Shown here piece after piece: positions 22,201 through 34,712 of a stretch of DNA of 64,000 nucleotides. Source of the stretch: Eutreptiella sp. 'Long Island Sound 2002'. Lineage: Eukaryota > Protista > Euglenida. The position numbers and the translations under genes were made by a program. The stretch covers positions 10,726,001 through 10,790,000 of the forward strand of contig OZ038378.1 of the NCBI GenBank assembly GCA_964036045.1. The letters run 5' to 3'. The notes below the pieces were generated by a model. It was not told the DNA's origin, did not search any database, and was given only the letters and a program-made list of their open reading frames with translations. Within the stretch, counting starts at the first letter, position 1. Each line of letters begins with the position of its first letter.

Positions 22201-25200
22201 CAAAATCAGCAATGGCCCACCAGTGGGCCGGGTGGCTACAAAACCCTTGTAGGCTAGGGGGTCCCCAACGTTCCAGAGCAGGGGACAAAATCAGTAGTAG
22301 CCCACAAGAGGGCCTCATGGCTACATAACCCCTGCCTTCTAGGGGGTCCCCAATGCTTCAGTGCGGGGGACAAAATCGTGAGTGGCCCACAATTGGGCCT
22401 AGTGGCTACTTAACCCGTACGGTCTCGGGGTCTCCAACCTTTTACAGCGGGGGACAGAATTAGCACTGGCCCACTAATGGGAGGACAAGCTACATAACCC
22501 TTGCCGTCTAGTGGGTCCCCAACGCTTCCAACCAGAGGACAAAGTTAGCAATGGCCCAAAGCTGGGCCTGGTTGCTTCATAAAACTTGCCTTCTAGGGCG
22601 TCCCCAACGCTTCGGAGCGGAAGACAAAATCAGCACTGGCCCACAAGTGGGCCCTGCGGCTACATAATGCCTGCAAGCTCGGGGTCCCCAACACTTCCGG
22701 GTGGGGGGCCAGATCAGCAGTGGCCAACAAGCGGGACTAATGGCTACATAACACCTGCCCTCTAGTGCCGTCGAGCGTGTACCCAACGCTTCACAACAAG
22801 GGACAAAATCAGAAGTGGCCCACTATTGGGCCTTGTGGCAACACAACCTCTTGAGTCCGGGGGCTCCGGAACACTTCATAGCGGGGGACAAAAGTAGCAG
22901 TGGCCGACAACTGGGACTAGTGGCTACATAGCCCCTGCAGGCTAGGGGGGTCTGCAACAGTTCACATCACGGGGACAAAATCAGCAGCAGCCCACAAGTG
23001 GGGCCGGTGCCTACAGAACCCCTAACTTCAAGGGGGGGGGGGGGGGCTATTGCTTGAAAGCGGGGGATAAAATCAGCATGGGCGCACAAAGGGGGTCGTT
23101 GCCTACATAAACCCGACCATCTAGGATGTCCCCAGCAATTCATAGCATGGGACAAATTCAGTAGAGGACCACAAGTGGGCCGGGTGGCTACAAAACCCTT
23201 GCAGGCTAGGGGATCCCCAATGCTTTGGAGCAGGGGATAAAATCAGCAGTGGCCCACAACTGGGCCCGGTGGCTACATAAGCCTTGCCGTCCAGAGGGTC
23301 CCCAACGCTTCATAACGGGGGACAAAATCAGCACTGGCTCACAAGTGGGCCGGGTGGCTACAAAACCCTTGCAAGCTTGGGGGTCCCCAACACCTCCAAG
23401 CGGGGGACAAAATCAGCAACGACCCACAAGTGGGCCTTGTGGCAACATGACCCCTGAGGTAGGGGGGGTCCCCAACGCTTCAAAGCGGGGGACAAAATCA
23501 GCAACGGCCCAGAATTGCGCTTGGTGGTTACATCACCCCTCCCGCCTAGGGGGTCCCCAACACTTCTGAGCGGGGGACAAAATCAGCAACGGCACACAAT
23601 TGGGCCTAGTGGCTACATAACCCCAAATCGGGGTGTCCCCAAAGCATCACAGCGGGTAACAAAATCAGAAGTGGCCCACAATTGGGCCTAGTGGCTACAG
23701 AACCCCTAGAACCCCTGCCATCTAAGGATGTCCCCAACGCTTCACACGGGGGACAAAATCAGTAGTGGCCCATAATTGCGCCCAGTGGCTACACAACCCC
23801 TATCGCCTGGGGGTTCCCACCGCTTCACAGTGGGGGGAAAAAACAGCAATGTCTCAGGATTGCGCCTAGGGGCTACATATCCCCAACCTTTTGGGGGGCC
23901 GCCAACGCTTTAGAGCGGGGGACAAAATCAGCAGCAGTGGCCCAAAAGTTGGCCTAGTGGCTACATAAGCCCTACCGTCCAGAGGGTCCCCAACAATTCA
24001 TAGCAGTGGACAAAATCAGCAATGGCCCACAATTGGGCGTGGGGCGACAGAACCCCTACCGTCTAGGGGGTCCACACCGCTTCAGAGCGGGGGACAAATT
24101 AAGCAGTGGCGCACAATTGGGCCTGGTGGCTACATAGCCGCTGCCGTATGGGGGCTACCCAACACTTAAGAACAGGGGACAAAATTAGCAGTAGCTCACA
24201 ATTGGCCCTGGTGGCTACATAACCCCTGCAAACTAGGGGGTCCCCAACGCTTCACAACGGGGGACAAGATCAAAAGTGGCCCACAATGGGGCCTTGTGGC
24301 AAAATAACCCCTTGAGTCTTGGGGGTCCCAAACGCTTTAGAGCGGGGGACAAAAATAGCAGTGGTTCACAATTGGGCCTTCTGGCTACATAGCCCCTACT
24401 GTCTAGAGGGTCCCCAACGACTGATAGCAGGGGGCAAAACAAGCATTTGGCCCACAAATGTACCTGGGGATTACATAACCCCAGCCGTCTAGTGCGTCCG
24501 CAACGCTTCGCGGTGGGGCACACAATCGCCAATGGCACACAAGTGGGCCGGGTAGCTACATAATCCTTGCCATCTGTGGGTGTCCTGAACGCTTCACAGC
24601 AGGGGACAAAAGCAACAATGGCCCACAGGTCGGCTTGGTGGCTACGTAAGCCCTGCCACCTTGGGGGTTCCTAGCGCTTTAGAGCGGGAGACCAAATTAA
24701 TGATGGCCCACAATGGGGCCTAGTGGCTACATAACCCGTGCCCTCAAGGGGGGTACCCAACACTTCACAGCGAGGGACAGAATCAGCAGCGGCGCACAAG
24801 TGGGGTTGGTGGCTACAGAACCCCTACCGTCTGGGGGGTCCCCAATACTTCAAACTGGGGGACAAAATTAGCAGTGGCCCAGAATTTGGCCCAGTGGCCA
24901 CATAACCCCTACCGATGGTCCCCAATGCTACACAGCGGGGGACAAAATCAGCCATGAGGCAAAACCGGGTCATGTGACTAAATAACCCCTTCCGCCTTGG
25001 GGGTTTTCCAACACTTCAAAGCAGGGGACAAAATCAGAAAGGCCCCACAATTGGGACCGGCGGCTACATAACCCCTGCAAGGCTGGGGGATCCACAACGC
25101 TTCACATCGCAGAGACAAATCAGCAGTGGCCCACAAGGGGGCTTGTGGCTACACAGCCCCTACCGTCTGGGGGGTCCCTATTGCTTCAAAGCGGGGGACA

Positions 25201-25399
25201 AAATTAGCAGTGGCCCACAAATGGGCTTGGTGGCTACATAACCCCTACCGTCTAGGGGGTCCCCAACAATTCATAGCGGGCGACAAAATCAGTAATGGCC
25301 CACAACTAGGCCTGATGGCTACATAACCGCTGCCATCTAGAGGGTCCCCAATGCTTCAGAGCGGGGGACAAAATCAACAGTGGCCCACAAGTGGGCCCA

Positions 25400-26611
25400 G
25401 TGGCTACATAACCCCTGCCATCTAGGGGATCCCCAACGCTTCAGAGCGGGGAACAAAATCAGCAGTGGCCCACAAGAGGGTCATTTGGCGACGAAATCTT
25501 TGGAGGCTAGGGGGTCCCCAACACTTCAAAGCGGGGGTCAAATTCAGCAGTGGCCCACAAGTGGGTGATTTGGCTACATAACCCCTGCCGTCTAGAGGGT
25601 CCCCAACGCTTCAGAGGAGGGGACAAAATCAGCATTAGCCCACAAGTAGGCCTGGTGGCTACAGAACCAGTGCCATTTGGGGGGTCCCAGACGCTTCACA
25701 GCGGGGGACAAAATGAGCAGTGCTTCACAACTGGGCCTAGTGGCGACATAACCTGTGACGTTTGGGGGGTCTGCAACCTTTTCAAGGTGGGGTACAGAAT
25801 TAGCACTGGGCCACTAATGGGAGGACTGACTACACAACCCCTGCCTTCTAGGGGGTCCCCAACGCATCACTATAGGGGACAAAATCAGCAGAGGACCACA
25901 GCTGGGCCTGATGGCTTCATAACACCTACCTTCTAGGGGGTCCCGAACGCTTCGTAGCAGGGGACAAAATCAGCAGTGGCCCAGAATTGGGCCGGGTGGC
26001 TACATAACCCCTGCCATCTAGGGGATCCCCAACGCTTCAGAGCGGGGAACAAAATCAGCAGTGGCCCACAAGAGGGTCATTTGGCGACGAAATCTTTGGA
26101 GGCTAGGGGGTCCCCAACACTTCAAAGCGGGGGTCAAATTCAGCAGTGGCCCACAAGTGGGTGATTTGGCTACATAACCCCTGCCGTCTAGAGGGTCCCC
26201 AACGCTTCAGAGGAGGGGACAAAATCAGCATTAGCCCACAAGTAGGCCTGGTGGCTACAGAACCAGTGCCATTTGGGGGGTCCCAGACGCTTCACAGCGG
26301 GGGACAAAATGAGCAGTGCTTCACAACTGGGCCTAGTGGCGACATAACCTGTGACGTTTGGGGGGTCTGCAACCTTTTCAAGGTGGGGTACAGAATTAGC
26401 ACTGGGCCACTAATGGGAGGACTGACTACACAACCCCTGCCTTCTAGGGGGTCCCCAACGCATCACTATAGGGGACAAAATCAGCAGAGGACCACAGCTG
26501 GGCCTGATGGCTTCATAACACCTACCTTCTAGGGGGTCCCGAACGCTTCGTAGCAGGGGACAAAATCAGCAGTGGCCCAGAATTGGGCCGGGTGGCTACA
26601 TAACCCCTGCC
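25400..26611 (+). repeat. Tandem duplication of a 596-bp (7-monomer) satellite segment
   Basis: ORFs 25550-25936 and 26146-26532 translate identically (offset 596), and idiosyncratic stretches such as GAGGGTCATTTGGCGACGAAATCTTTGGAGG recur exactly. Confidence 0.9.
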
Positions 26612-29600
26612 TTCTAGGGGGTCCCCACCGCTTCAGAGCAGGGGACAAAATCAGAAGTGGCCCACAAGGGGGCCTCATGGCTACATACCCCTTGCCTTCT
26701 AGGGGGTCCCCAACGCTGTAGAGCTGGGGACAAAATCAAGAGTGGCCCACAAGCGGGCCTGGTGGCCCCATAACCCGTGCCGTCTGAGGTTCTCCAATCT
26801 TCTAGAGCGGGTAGAAAATCAGCACTGGCCCACTAATGGGAGGATTGACTACATAACCCCTGCCGTCTTGGGGGTCCCCAACGCTTCACAGCACGGGACA
26901 AAGTCAGCAATGGCCCACAGCTGGGCCTGGTGGCTACATAACACCTGCCTTCTATGCAGGTGCCCAATGCTTCAAAGCAAGGGATAAAATCAGCAGTGGC
27001 CCACGAGTGGGCTCGGTGGCTACATAACCCCTGCAAGCTAGGGGGTCAGCAACGCTTCACCGCCACGGACAAAATCAATGGTGGCCCATAATTGGGCCAG
27101 GTGGCTACATAACGCCTTCCCTTTGGGGGTCCCCAACGCTTCAGACTAGGGGCGCAAATCACAACTAGCCCACCATTGGGCCTGATAACAACATAACCCC
27201 TGCCGTCTAGTGCCGTCGAGGGGGTCCCCAACGCTTCAAAGTGGGGGACAAATCCAGCAGAAGTGGGCCTCGTGGCTACATAACCCGTGCCATCTTGGAG
27301 GTCCCCAACGCTTCAAGCCACAAAGGGGCCTGGTGGCTATATAACCCCTGCCGTCTTGGGGGCCCCCACGCTTCAGGCCACAAAGGGGCCTAGTGGCTAC
27401 ATAATCCCTGCCGTCCGGGGGTTGCCAACGCTTTAGAGCAAGGGACAAAATCAGCATTGGGCCAGTCCTGGGCCAACTGGCTACATCCATGTATTTTTTG
27501 CCTTTAGTAATATCTTCTAATTTTTTCCTTTGCGGTAAAGGTGCGCAACTTTTTTTTCGTGGTAAAGGCATCCAAACTTGTTTTTGGTAAACGCGAGTAC
27601 AAAAAAGTCGTCAAGTCGTGTAATTCTTTTTTGCGGCAAGCGCGAGATCAAAAAAATTGTCACGGCGTGTAATTACTTTTTTTCCAGTAAAAGCGAGTAC
27701 GGGTTTACACGTAATTACCGCAAAAAAAAAAAAAACAGACGACGTGACAATCCTTTTGTTACACTTATTTACCGCAAAAAGAAAAATAACACAGATTACA
27801 ACATACACAATGTCTTGACCCCCTCCTCCCGTACCCCCCAGCACAGCTTGCAATCCCCCCCTGCGTTCAGCAAATTGATTCTGACCCCCGTTGGGGAGGG
27901 CCCACTGGTCTGCAATCATCTGAATGTTGGAGAATTGGATGAGCATAAATGTGTGTGCTGGTTGCTGCTTACGCAGCCGAGCCATGGAATGCACCGTTTC
28001 ACGCCCTGTCCTCAAAGAGGCCCTCCTCCTCTTCCCTGCCTTCCATTGTGCAGGTCACAAACTCAATGCAACCATTGAGTGGCTCAAGTGTGCAGGAGGC
28101 ATCCCATGCAACATTCTGGTGGAACTCCAGCGATGGCAGTGAATTGTTCATGGCCCTTCCTCTGACAGACACCACATCCCCACCTCCAATTGGGATGAGT
28201 GGATGGACCCCCTCGCCATGGGACCATTGGCCTGGGACGGCTGCACTAAAGGCTGCAATATGTGTTGGCAGGTGCTGGTTTCACATCGTTGCCCACAGAG
28301 CATTCCTCGCTGGGAGAACCATAGAATGCCCGCATTGGATCATGCAGTGTGAGGATGCAGAGCACAGTGGGTGTAGGCCCAAGTATCAACTTCTGCTTCA
28401 TCAGCCTCTCTGGTCTATCACAACCCTTGAAAAGAGCCATATTCTCAGTGAGACAAAGATACCACAAAACTGCGCTTTTGCTTCCCCACCACCAATAGAC
28501 ACAAATGACCTCATCGGGGGTGCCACTTCTGCAGCGCCTGCAGAACGCAATTTGGGTAAGTATCCTGGAACAGAGGAAATATAGTGGTACATCAATACAG
28601 CCGCTTTTTATGTAAGGTATACCATTATGTTTTGGTTTCACTCGTTTCACAGGCATTGTCGCAAGCAGCATCAGCAAGCATTGGCTTGTTATGCAGGTAG
28701 CAGCATCAGCAGGCTCAGTGGAGTCAATAGGCTGAGCAGCAGTAGATGTAGCACTTGGTGAAGAACTCATTGGGTTGTAGATAACAACATACACAGTGAT
28801 CGCAAACGTTCCCCTCATCAAAATCAACGTTGGGCCATCGGACAAGGCAGCAGGCGCAAGCGGCGGGGGACTGCTCCACAAAGGCTGGTGGGGAAACGTG
28901 GGGGACAACTGGTGTACATACGGATGCGGGGGGGGGGGGGGGGTTTGGGTCAGAGGGCCAGAGGGGGATGTTCGTCGCACTTCCCCAATGGCCACTTATG
29001 TCCTTCGGCCTCGTGTTGCCAAGTGCAGCCTGGGCCATTGGGGACGCACTTCCAGGAAGTGCAAGGAGGATAGAGGTCTCCCACGGGCCACAGGACAGCG
29101 ATCGGCTGAAATGCGATGCCCTGGGGCTACTGGGGTACGGACTCTTGGAGAGTGCACAGGGATCAGCGGTGCTCATGGATGGGCAACACACAACGATCAA
29201 AAGTGGGGAGGGAGGGGGGGGCTCTCCAGCCCCAGAGGCCCGTCACCATTCGACTGGTCGCCGTCCTTGGCCGGTGACAGCGCTGGTGGGGGGAGGCACA
29301 CACTTGCACGGGCAGGTGTTGCTCATGGCCACCTTTGCAGTGGGTTTCTGATCACCACGGCACGCGTTGCGTGCTGTGAGGTCCCTTGTAGGGTGTGCCT
29401 GCAGCTGGGGTGATGCACGGCCTGCAAATCCCAAGGATTTTGCGGCCGAGGGGGGGGGTCCCATAAAGGCTGGTGGGTTGCTGAGCGGAACGTCTGTCCT
29501 ACTGCCACGATGGCAGTATTCTGCCCAATTATGTATTAGAAGAGAGGGGGTCGGGGACCCAAAAGGTTGTGTACCAAAACTGGCCCGAATCAATATTTCC

Positions 29601-29951
29601 TTTTGTAAACTTCATGTTTTCCCACCATGAAATCTGGGTCCAGAGGGGGGGGGAGGTTACCCCCCCTCCTCCAACGGTCTTCAGCCGTTCTAATACATCT
29701 CTGATTCTGCCCCCCCCCCCCCCCCCGGGACGGCCGATTTTCTCCAATTTTGGCAATTTTTGGGGCGCCAAGACGCCCGATTTCGGTCAAACTTGGACCG
29801 CCAACTCAGCCCATTTTGGTCGACACAGAGGCGCGGAAACGGTCAATTTTGGTTAAATTGGAGGCAGCCGGGGGGCCAATTTTGGTTAATTTCGGGCCGC
29901 CGAGTCCGCCACTTTGGGCCCCAGCCCCCCCCCCCCCCCCTGTCAGCAGTC

Positions 29952-30125
29952 ACTCCCCTGCCGGCGCTGACAAGCTTCACATTCAGTCATTCCCATACCG
30001 TGAAGGTGGTGCTCTCCGCCAGGAAATGATGTGGCACGTGTAACACAGGGCCGGGGGCAACCGCATCCCCCGAGTGTCACACGTCAGCGGCGCGCTGCAG
30101 TTCCGGGCATTTGCTTGTAGCGTGC
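29952..30125 (+). repeat. Dispersed repeat, copy 2; homologous to 774-955
   Basis: Same colinear blocks as copy 1; lies ~130 bp beyond the CRAL-TRIO stop codon. Confidence 0.65.
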
Positions 30126-30257
30126 CCAGTGGACTGCGCTCCCTGTTCCATGGGTCAGGCCGTTCCCGATGGTTCTGTGCTCTCGGGCTGAGGGGCTGTG
30201 GGCCCTGGGGCCCGAGTGCCGGGCCACGGGGGGGGGGGGCGGGGACGGGCGGGGGGG

Positions 30258-30461
30258 TTACGATTCGTCAGGAATTCGCACGAGGGCGATGGACTCGGCC
30301 CTGCGCTTCAGGGCGGCGCGCAGCTCGTCCTCGTAGCTGCCCTGAAACGTGCCTCCGAGTGCGGGAGGCATATCAGCGGTGCTGTAGCCAATGGAGGCTT
30401 TGTAGAGGTCTTTTTGTTTGCACGTGTGCATGCGCTTGCGCAGCTTCTCCTTCAAGAACAC
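30258..30461 (-). CDS. CRAL-TRIO (Sec14-like) domain protein, exon 2 of 2
   Basis: Acceptor CGCTTTCAG|GTG. Encodes VFLKEKLRKRMH...DMPPALGG, the typical CRAL-TRIO C-terminal pattern, ending at a stop at 30258. Confidence 0.85.
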   Translation of the reverse strand: MFLKEKLRKRMHTCKQKDLYKASIGYSTADMPPALGGTFQGSYEDELRAALKRRAESIALVRIPDES

Positions 30462-31466
30462 CTGAAAGCGGAGCGGCATAGTGTTGCTGCCCCTCCCCCT
30501 CCCCGATTCAGATGCAGCACCACATGTGGTTGCGCTCCAACCGCTGCTGTGCCCCCCCCGATGGCGCACCAACCGTTTTGTAACCGCCGGGCCTTGGCTC
30601 CCACCGGTTCTCGAACCACCAGTACGCGCTGTGGCACCACTTCTCAGATCTGCCTTTAGCCTCTGGCCCTCTGGTGCGCATCGCTGGAGAGTCCCCCTGT
30701 GTACTGCCTGGCCCCCAGGTGCACATGCATGACGGAAGACAGGGAAAACGATTGTCAGGGGGGATTGCATGCGTAGACAAAGCCCTGCTGACGGGTGAGC
30801 CACAGAAAAGGGCTGTGGGCCCCATCACAGCGACATTCGCAAAAAATAATGTCAAAACAAAGAAAAGCACAACGGTGACCCAGCCCCTCTTTTCCCATCA
30901 CACGCACCCCGCCTCACCGTTGGTTTTCTGAACGCAGTTGTTGTGGTCAAGATGCGCCATGACATATTTGTGAGCCCATGGGCCACACCCCCTACGACGG
31001 GCATCCCCCCCCCGACCACACCCTCGACGCACTGCTTGCAGACCGCCGTGCGTAGACAATGGGCGGGGGACGGGCAACGCCCTTGGCCCCTTGCACAAGC
31101 ACAAACCCAGAAACCGACGGCCACTGATGCCCCCGATGCAGGTCGAATCAGACCACCACACTTCTGCCAGTCTCGTAGGTGAGCATCATGACCGCAGTCC
31201 CCCCCCCCCCCCCCGGGTGTCCACTCACCGACCAGCACTGACAGGCCTCGGATGCAGTCATTCCCAGCTCATGAAGTTTGGAGGGTGCTGTCCATCGCTG
31301 ATGTAGGCACCCTGTAACAGAGGGAGAAGGGGCTCCAGAAGTGTTATCCCTCATGACATGTGTCCTACTGCACCCCCCAGAGCACGCAGAATCATAAGAC
31401 GGGGGGGGGGGCGTCCGGGTGGGTCCGAAGTCGGGCGGGTGGGTCTCATCCAAAATACCCCCCCCC

Positions 31467-31485
31467 CTCTTATAAACGAGGCCTG
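31467..31485. mobile_element. Putative MITE terminus CTCTTATAAACGAGGCCTG, with a second exact copy at 34050-34068
   Basis: Identical 19-mer occurs twice inside the CRAL-TRIO intron, each next to GACCCACCC(G/A)-type subterminal repeats and a poly-C run. Confidence 0.45.
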
Positions 31486-32368
31486 AGGGCTGCACACCGA
31501 GCGTCAGGGCAGACCAGGGGGTCAAACGGCCCCCGTCCAACGGCACGATGTTCGGCCCAGACAGAGTGGGGGGGGCGACGGGGGCATCCCCATCGCCCTA
31601 TGGCATGGGCACCCATGTCACACTCTGCACCCGCCGCCCCCCCACAGACGTACCGTCATACCGCCGGTTTCCTGAACACACTTTTTGTGGTCAAGAATGT
31701 ATCGTGACCTGGTTGTGTGCACATTGCAGAGGGCAAGAGATCCAAAGGTCACGATTGCGGCATGTTTCAGGCCCTTGTTTGTCATACCGCGGATCGTGCG
31801 CAAGAACGGCCTTGCCTCAGTGGCTTGTCCTTTAGAGCGCAACGCTCGACGACGAGTGAGGGCTACGCCTGCGCGCCGCAGGTGTGCCGCAGGGCGCGCC
31901 CCAGGTGCCGCAGGCACCGCAGGGCAGGAATAATCCTCTTAAACTGTAGAAACAGTGAAACTTGCAACAAGAAGGAAAAAATACCACTCCATGACCATTT
32001 GGAGTACCTGCTTGTACAAAACCCACTGAGTGACTAGCACAAGGACCGCACTTGAGCAGGGGAAGCACGGGGGCTGGCGCCAGCCAATGTGTGACCCCGA
32101 GGGGTGTTCAACAGTTTGGGGGGCTGTAGGGGGGGGGGGGGGACCCCACCCCCCCCCTTCGTTGAGCCAAACCCAGCACCTTTTCCGGCAGGCCCCGTCC
32201 AAGCGCGCAAACACACAAAGCTAACAAGATGCACTGTGAATGGTGATTGTTTTGCTGCACTGCAGCACTTTCATAGCAGTACTGAATGTTGCCTTGAGTT
32301 CGCCCAAAGGCCTTTCCTTCCCCTTATCACAAACCACAGACATATATGTAGAGAAGCGAAGGGAGTCT

Positions 32369-32404
<36 letters not shown>

Positions 32405-32770
32405 GAAGTGAAGGGAGGAGAGGGGCCTCAAGCATCGGAATCATCCTCCCACTCCTCGCGTGCCCTCTTGCCGGTACTCTTGGGGCGAGCACGCTTCTTT
32501 GGCCGGGCTGCTTGTGCTCTTGTGACCGGGCAGGCTGCCGACCCATCAGACATGGATTCTGATGGCACATAGTCACTAGTGCCTGACGGGGCACTACTGC
32601 TGGAGGCTGCACTCGTACTGGAGGAGGCATTGGTGGACGAGCTGCTGCTACTACTACTGCCACTGCTACTACTACCTTGGTTTGGCCCAGAGAGAAGAGC
32701 AGGGAGAACAGTGGGCAGAGCCGGCGGCGCAGCAGGCTTCGCCTTCGGTGGCAATGGGGCCCGGAAATTG

Positions 32771-32828
32771 TCAGATCGGGGGGCAGAATCAGAAGTGGCC
32801 CAGAAGTGGGCAAGGTGGCTACATAACC
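32771..32828 (+). repeat. Solitary monomer of the young 85-bp satellite variant inside the CRAL-TRIO intron
   Basis: GGGGGGCAGAATCAGAAGTGGCCCAGAAGTGGGCAAGGTGGCTACATAACC carries the diagnostic GAAGTGGCCC and GGGCAAGGTGGCT of the 16181-19203 variant. Confidence 0.85.
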
Positions 32829-34088
32829 TTTTTGTGCTTTTCAGCCATTTTTGAATTCCCCACAAAATTCTGAGTATTTTGAGTATAGACACATGGGGTG
32901 GAACAAAAAAAATTCCCCCCGCCGTATGCCTAAAACAAAATCAGCGGCGCCTCCGGCGCCGACAAAGCACACTGTTCCGTGCGACAATTTTGGGGTCCGT
33001 AGAGGGGGGGGGGGGTGCCCCCCCCCCCCCCCCTTTGGGGTCAGGTCCCGGCCACGGCCAGCCCCCGTGAGGGGAAGAGCTCCGAATGCAGGATCTTCAC
33101 TTAGCAACCAACGACATTTGTATAGCGCCTCGTCTTGCAAATTTGGCGCTCAAAGCATGGACGTTTGCTGACAGGAAGGCAAAGCGGAACCCCTACCTTC
33201 TCAAGTAGCAACATAACCTGCCTCCTTGAGCATGACCACATGGGCTAAACTATTTTACTTTTACTAACCCCTTCAAATGCACCAAAATGTAGAGGAAGCA
33301 AACTTGGTACCCATAGACCGTGGGCGGATCGGCTACATAGCCCGGGATTCCCCATCACCCCAACCCAAAGCCCCAACCCACATGGGTTAGCAAGGGGGGG
33401 GGGGGGGGCTCCAAAAAAAAAACAAAAAAGAGTCCCCAGGGGACGTATTGCACAGTGCAAAGGGGTGGAGTGTGAAAAAGTAGTGAATCCAATAACAATG
33501 AACTGCCTGTTTGTTTGCTTCCTAACGCGCGCGGCAGGCGCCGCAAGGGTGTAGCCCTCAGTGCATGTACAGTGCGCAATGGTCACTGTTTGTGTCTTCT
33601 CACGGCGCGCATGAACAACGCCCTTGCCAGAGCAACAGTCGGTGTTGTTTCCGTCAAATTCAGTACGTTTACCGGGCACATTTGTTGTAAGTCAAATTCA
33701 TTCAAACCACTCAAGGTAGACCACAACATGGAGGCCCATTTGGCTCTGAGGGTGCAGGCTTGTGGGTAACAAACATTTGTGGATCTTCAAAGTGTCTCGT
33801 ACTAGGCACCCACGAGGCATTGACGACAACATCAAACCATGAACAGATTTTGGCATGGTGCCTGCATAAAGACGAAATGAAAAGGGGAAACAGCACACAA
33901 CCAGGCAAACCTTCGGGAAAGAGGGTGTGGCAGGTGCCCAACCCAGGAAACCCTCGGAATTATAAAGGGAGGGGAGGATCCAGAACCTTAGACCCACCCA
34001 ACCAGCTGAAGACCGACCCACCCGGACCCCCCCCCCCTTTGCAACGTTACTCTTATAAACGAGGCCTGGCAGCCCTCCCTGTGCACAC

Positions 34089-34682
34089 CTTGCAGATGTT
34101 CATCATCGCGGTCAGGATGGGTCCCGCGTCCACCATGTAAAACTGGTGGTATCGGAGGGGGTAGGAGTCCTGATAGATGACAGCCGCACGCTTCTCCATC
34201 TCCAGGTTGAAATTCTTCCACCCAAGGCCTCGACACAACCCAACGAAGGTGGCCCCAGCCCGGACTTCATCAAGGTCAGCGCAGCTCGCATCCATGGTTA
34301 ACAGCCATTCTTGGATCAAGGCAATCCACTCTGACTCACCCTGCATCTTCGACGGCAGGAACTGGGCATAATCCCAGCAGGTGGTCGGGTGGCCGTCGAT
34401 AACAAACTTGCTGGGCAGCACAAGACTCGGCCACTTTTTGTTCAAAAAGCCCTGGGCTTGCTGCATGGCAGTCTCTGTTGAGTAGCCATACTCACCCACA
34501 ACAACACTTTGGTATTTCTGGACGCGTTGGACGGCTTCATTGGTCTTGCCCTTGCTGATGATAGCGAACTGCGCCAACAGGAAATCGGAGTCTGGAAGCG
34601 GCACGCCCTGGCCCCGCAGGGCTGCCTTGAGCTCTTTACACCACAGGACCTCCTCTGCTGTCAGCGTGTGCTTCGATGCCAT
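34089..34682 (-). CDS. CRAL-TRIO (Sec14-like) lipid-binding domain protein, exon 1 of 2 (265 aa spliced)
   Basis: Encodes DSDFLLAQF...GLGWKNF...YQDSYPLRYHQFYMVDAGPILTAMMNICK; donor AAG|GTGTGC; 3627-bp intron (30462-34088) joins in frame to give ICK|VFLKEKLRKR. Confidence 0.88.
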
Positions 34683-34695
34683 GTCGAAGGCTCGG

Positions 34696-34712
34696 CTGTG
34701 AGGGACGGATGC
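34696..34712 (-). promoter_or_regulatory. Candidate trans-splice acceptor for the CRAL-TRIO gene (13-nt 5' UTR)
   Basis: Minus strand CATCCGTCCCTCACAG|CCGAGCCTTCGACATG. Confidence 0.45.

Larger units (their letters stand above)
11030..27485 (+). repeat. 85-bp satellite array (~16.5 kb), mostly diverged monomers
   Basis: Recurrent monomer near AAAATCAGCAGTGGCCCACAATTGGGCCTAGTGGCTACATAACCCCTGCCGTCTAGGGGGTCCCCAACGCTTCATAGCGGGGGAC; period measured at 85-86 bp. Confidence 0.97.

Noticed and set aside
11030-27485. Dozens of short ORFs in the satellite
   Set aside because: Translations simply repeat the monomer in rotating frames (85 is not a multiple of 3).
28246-28995. 249-aa minus-strand ORF and the overlapping 27949-28584 ORF
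   Set aside because: Low-complexity start, TG/CA-rich decayed composition and no recognisable domain; probably a degraded repeat.
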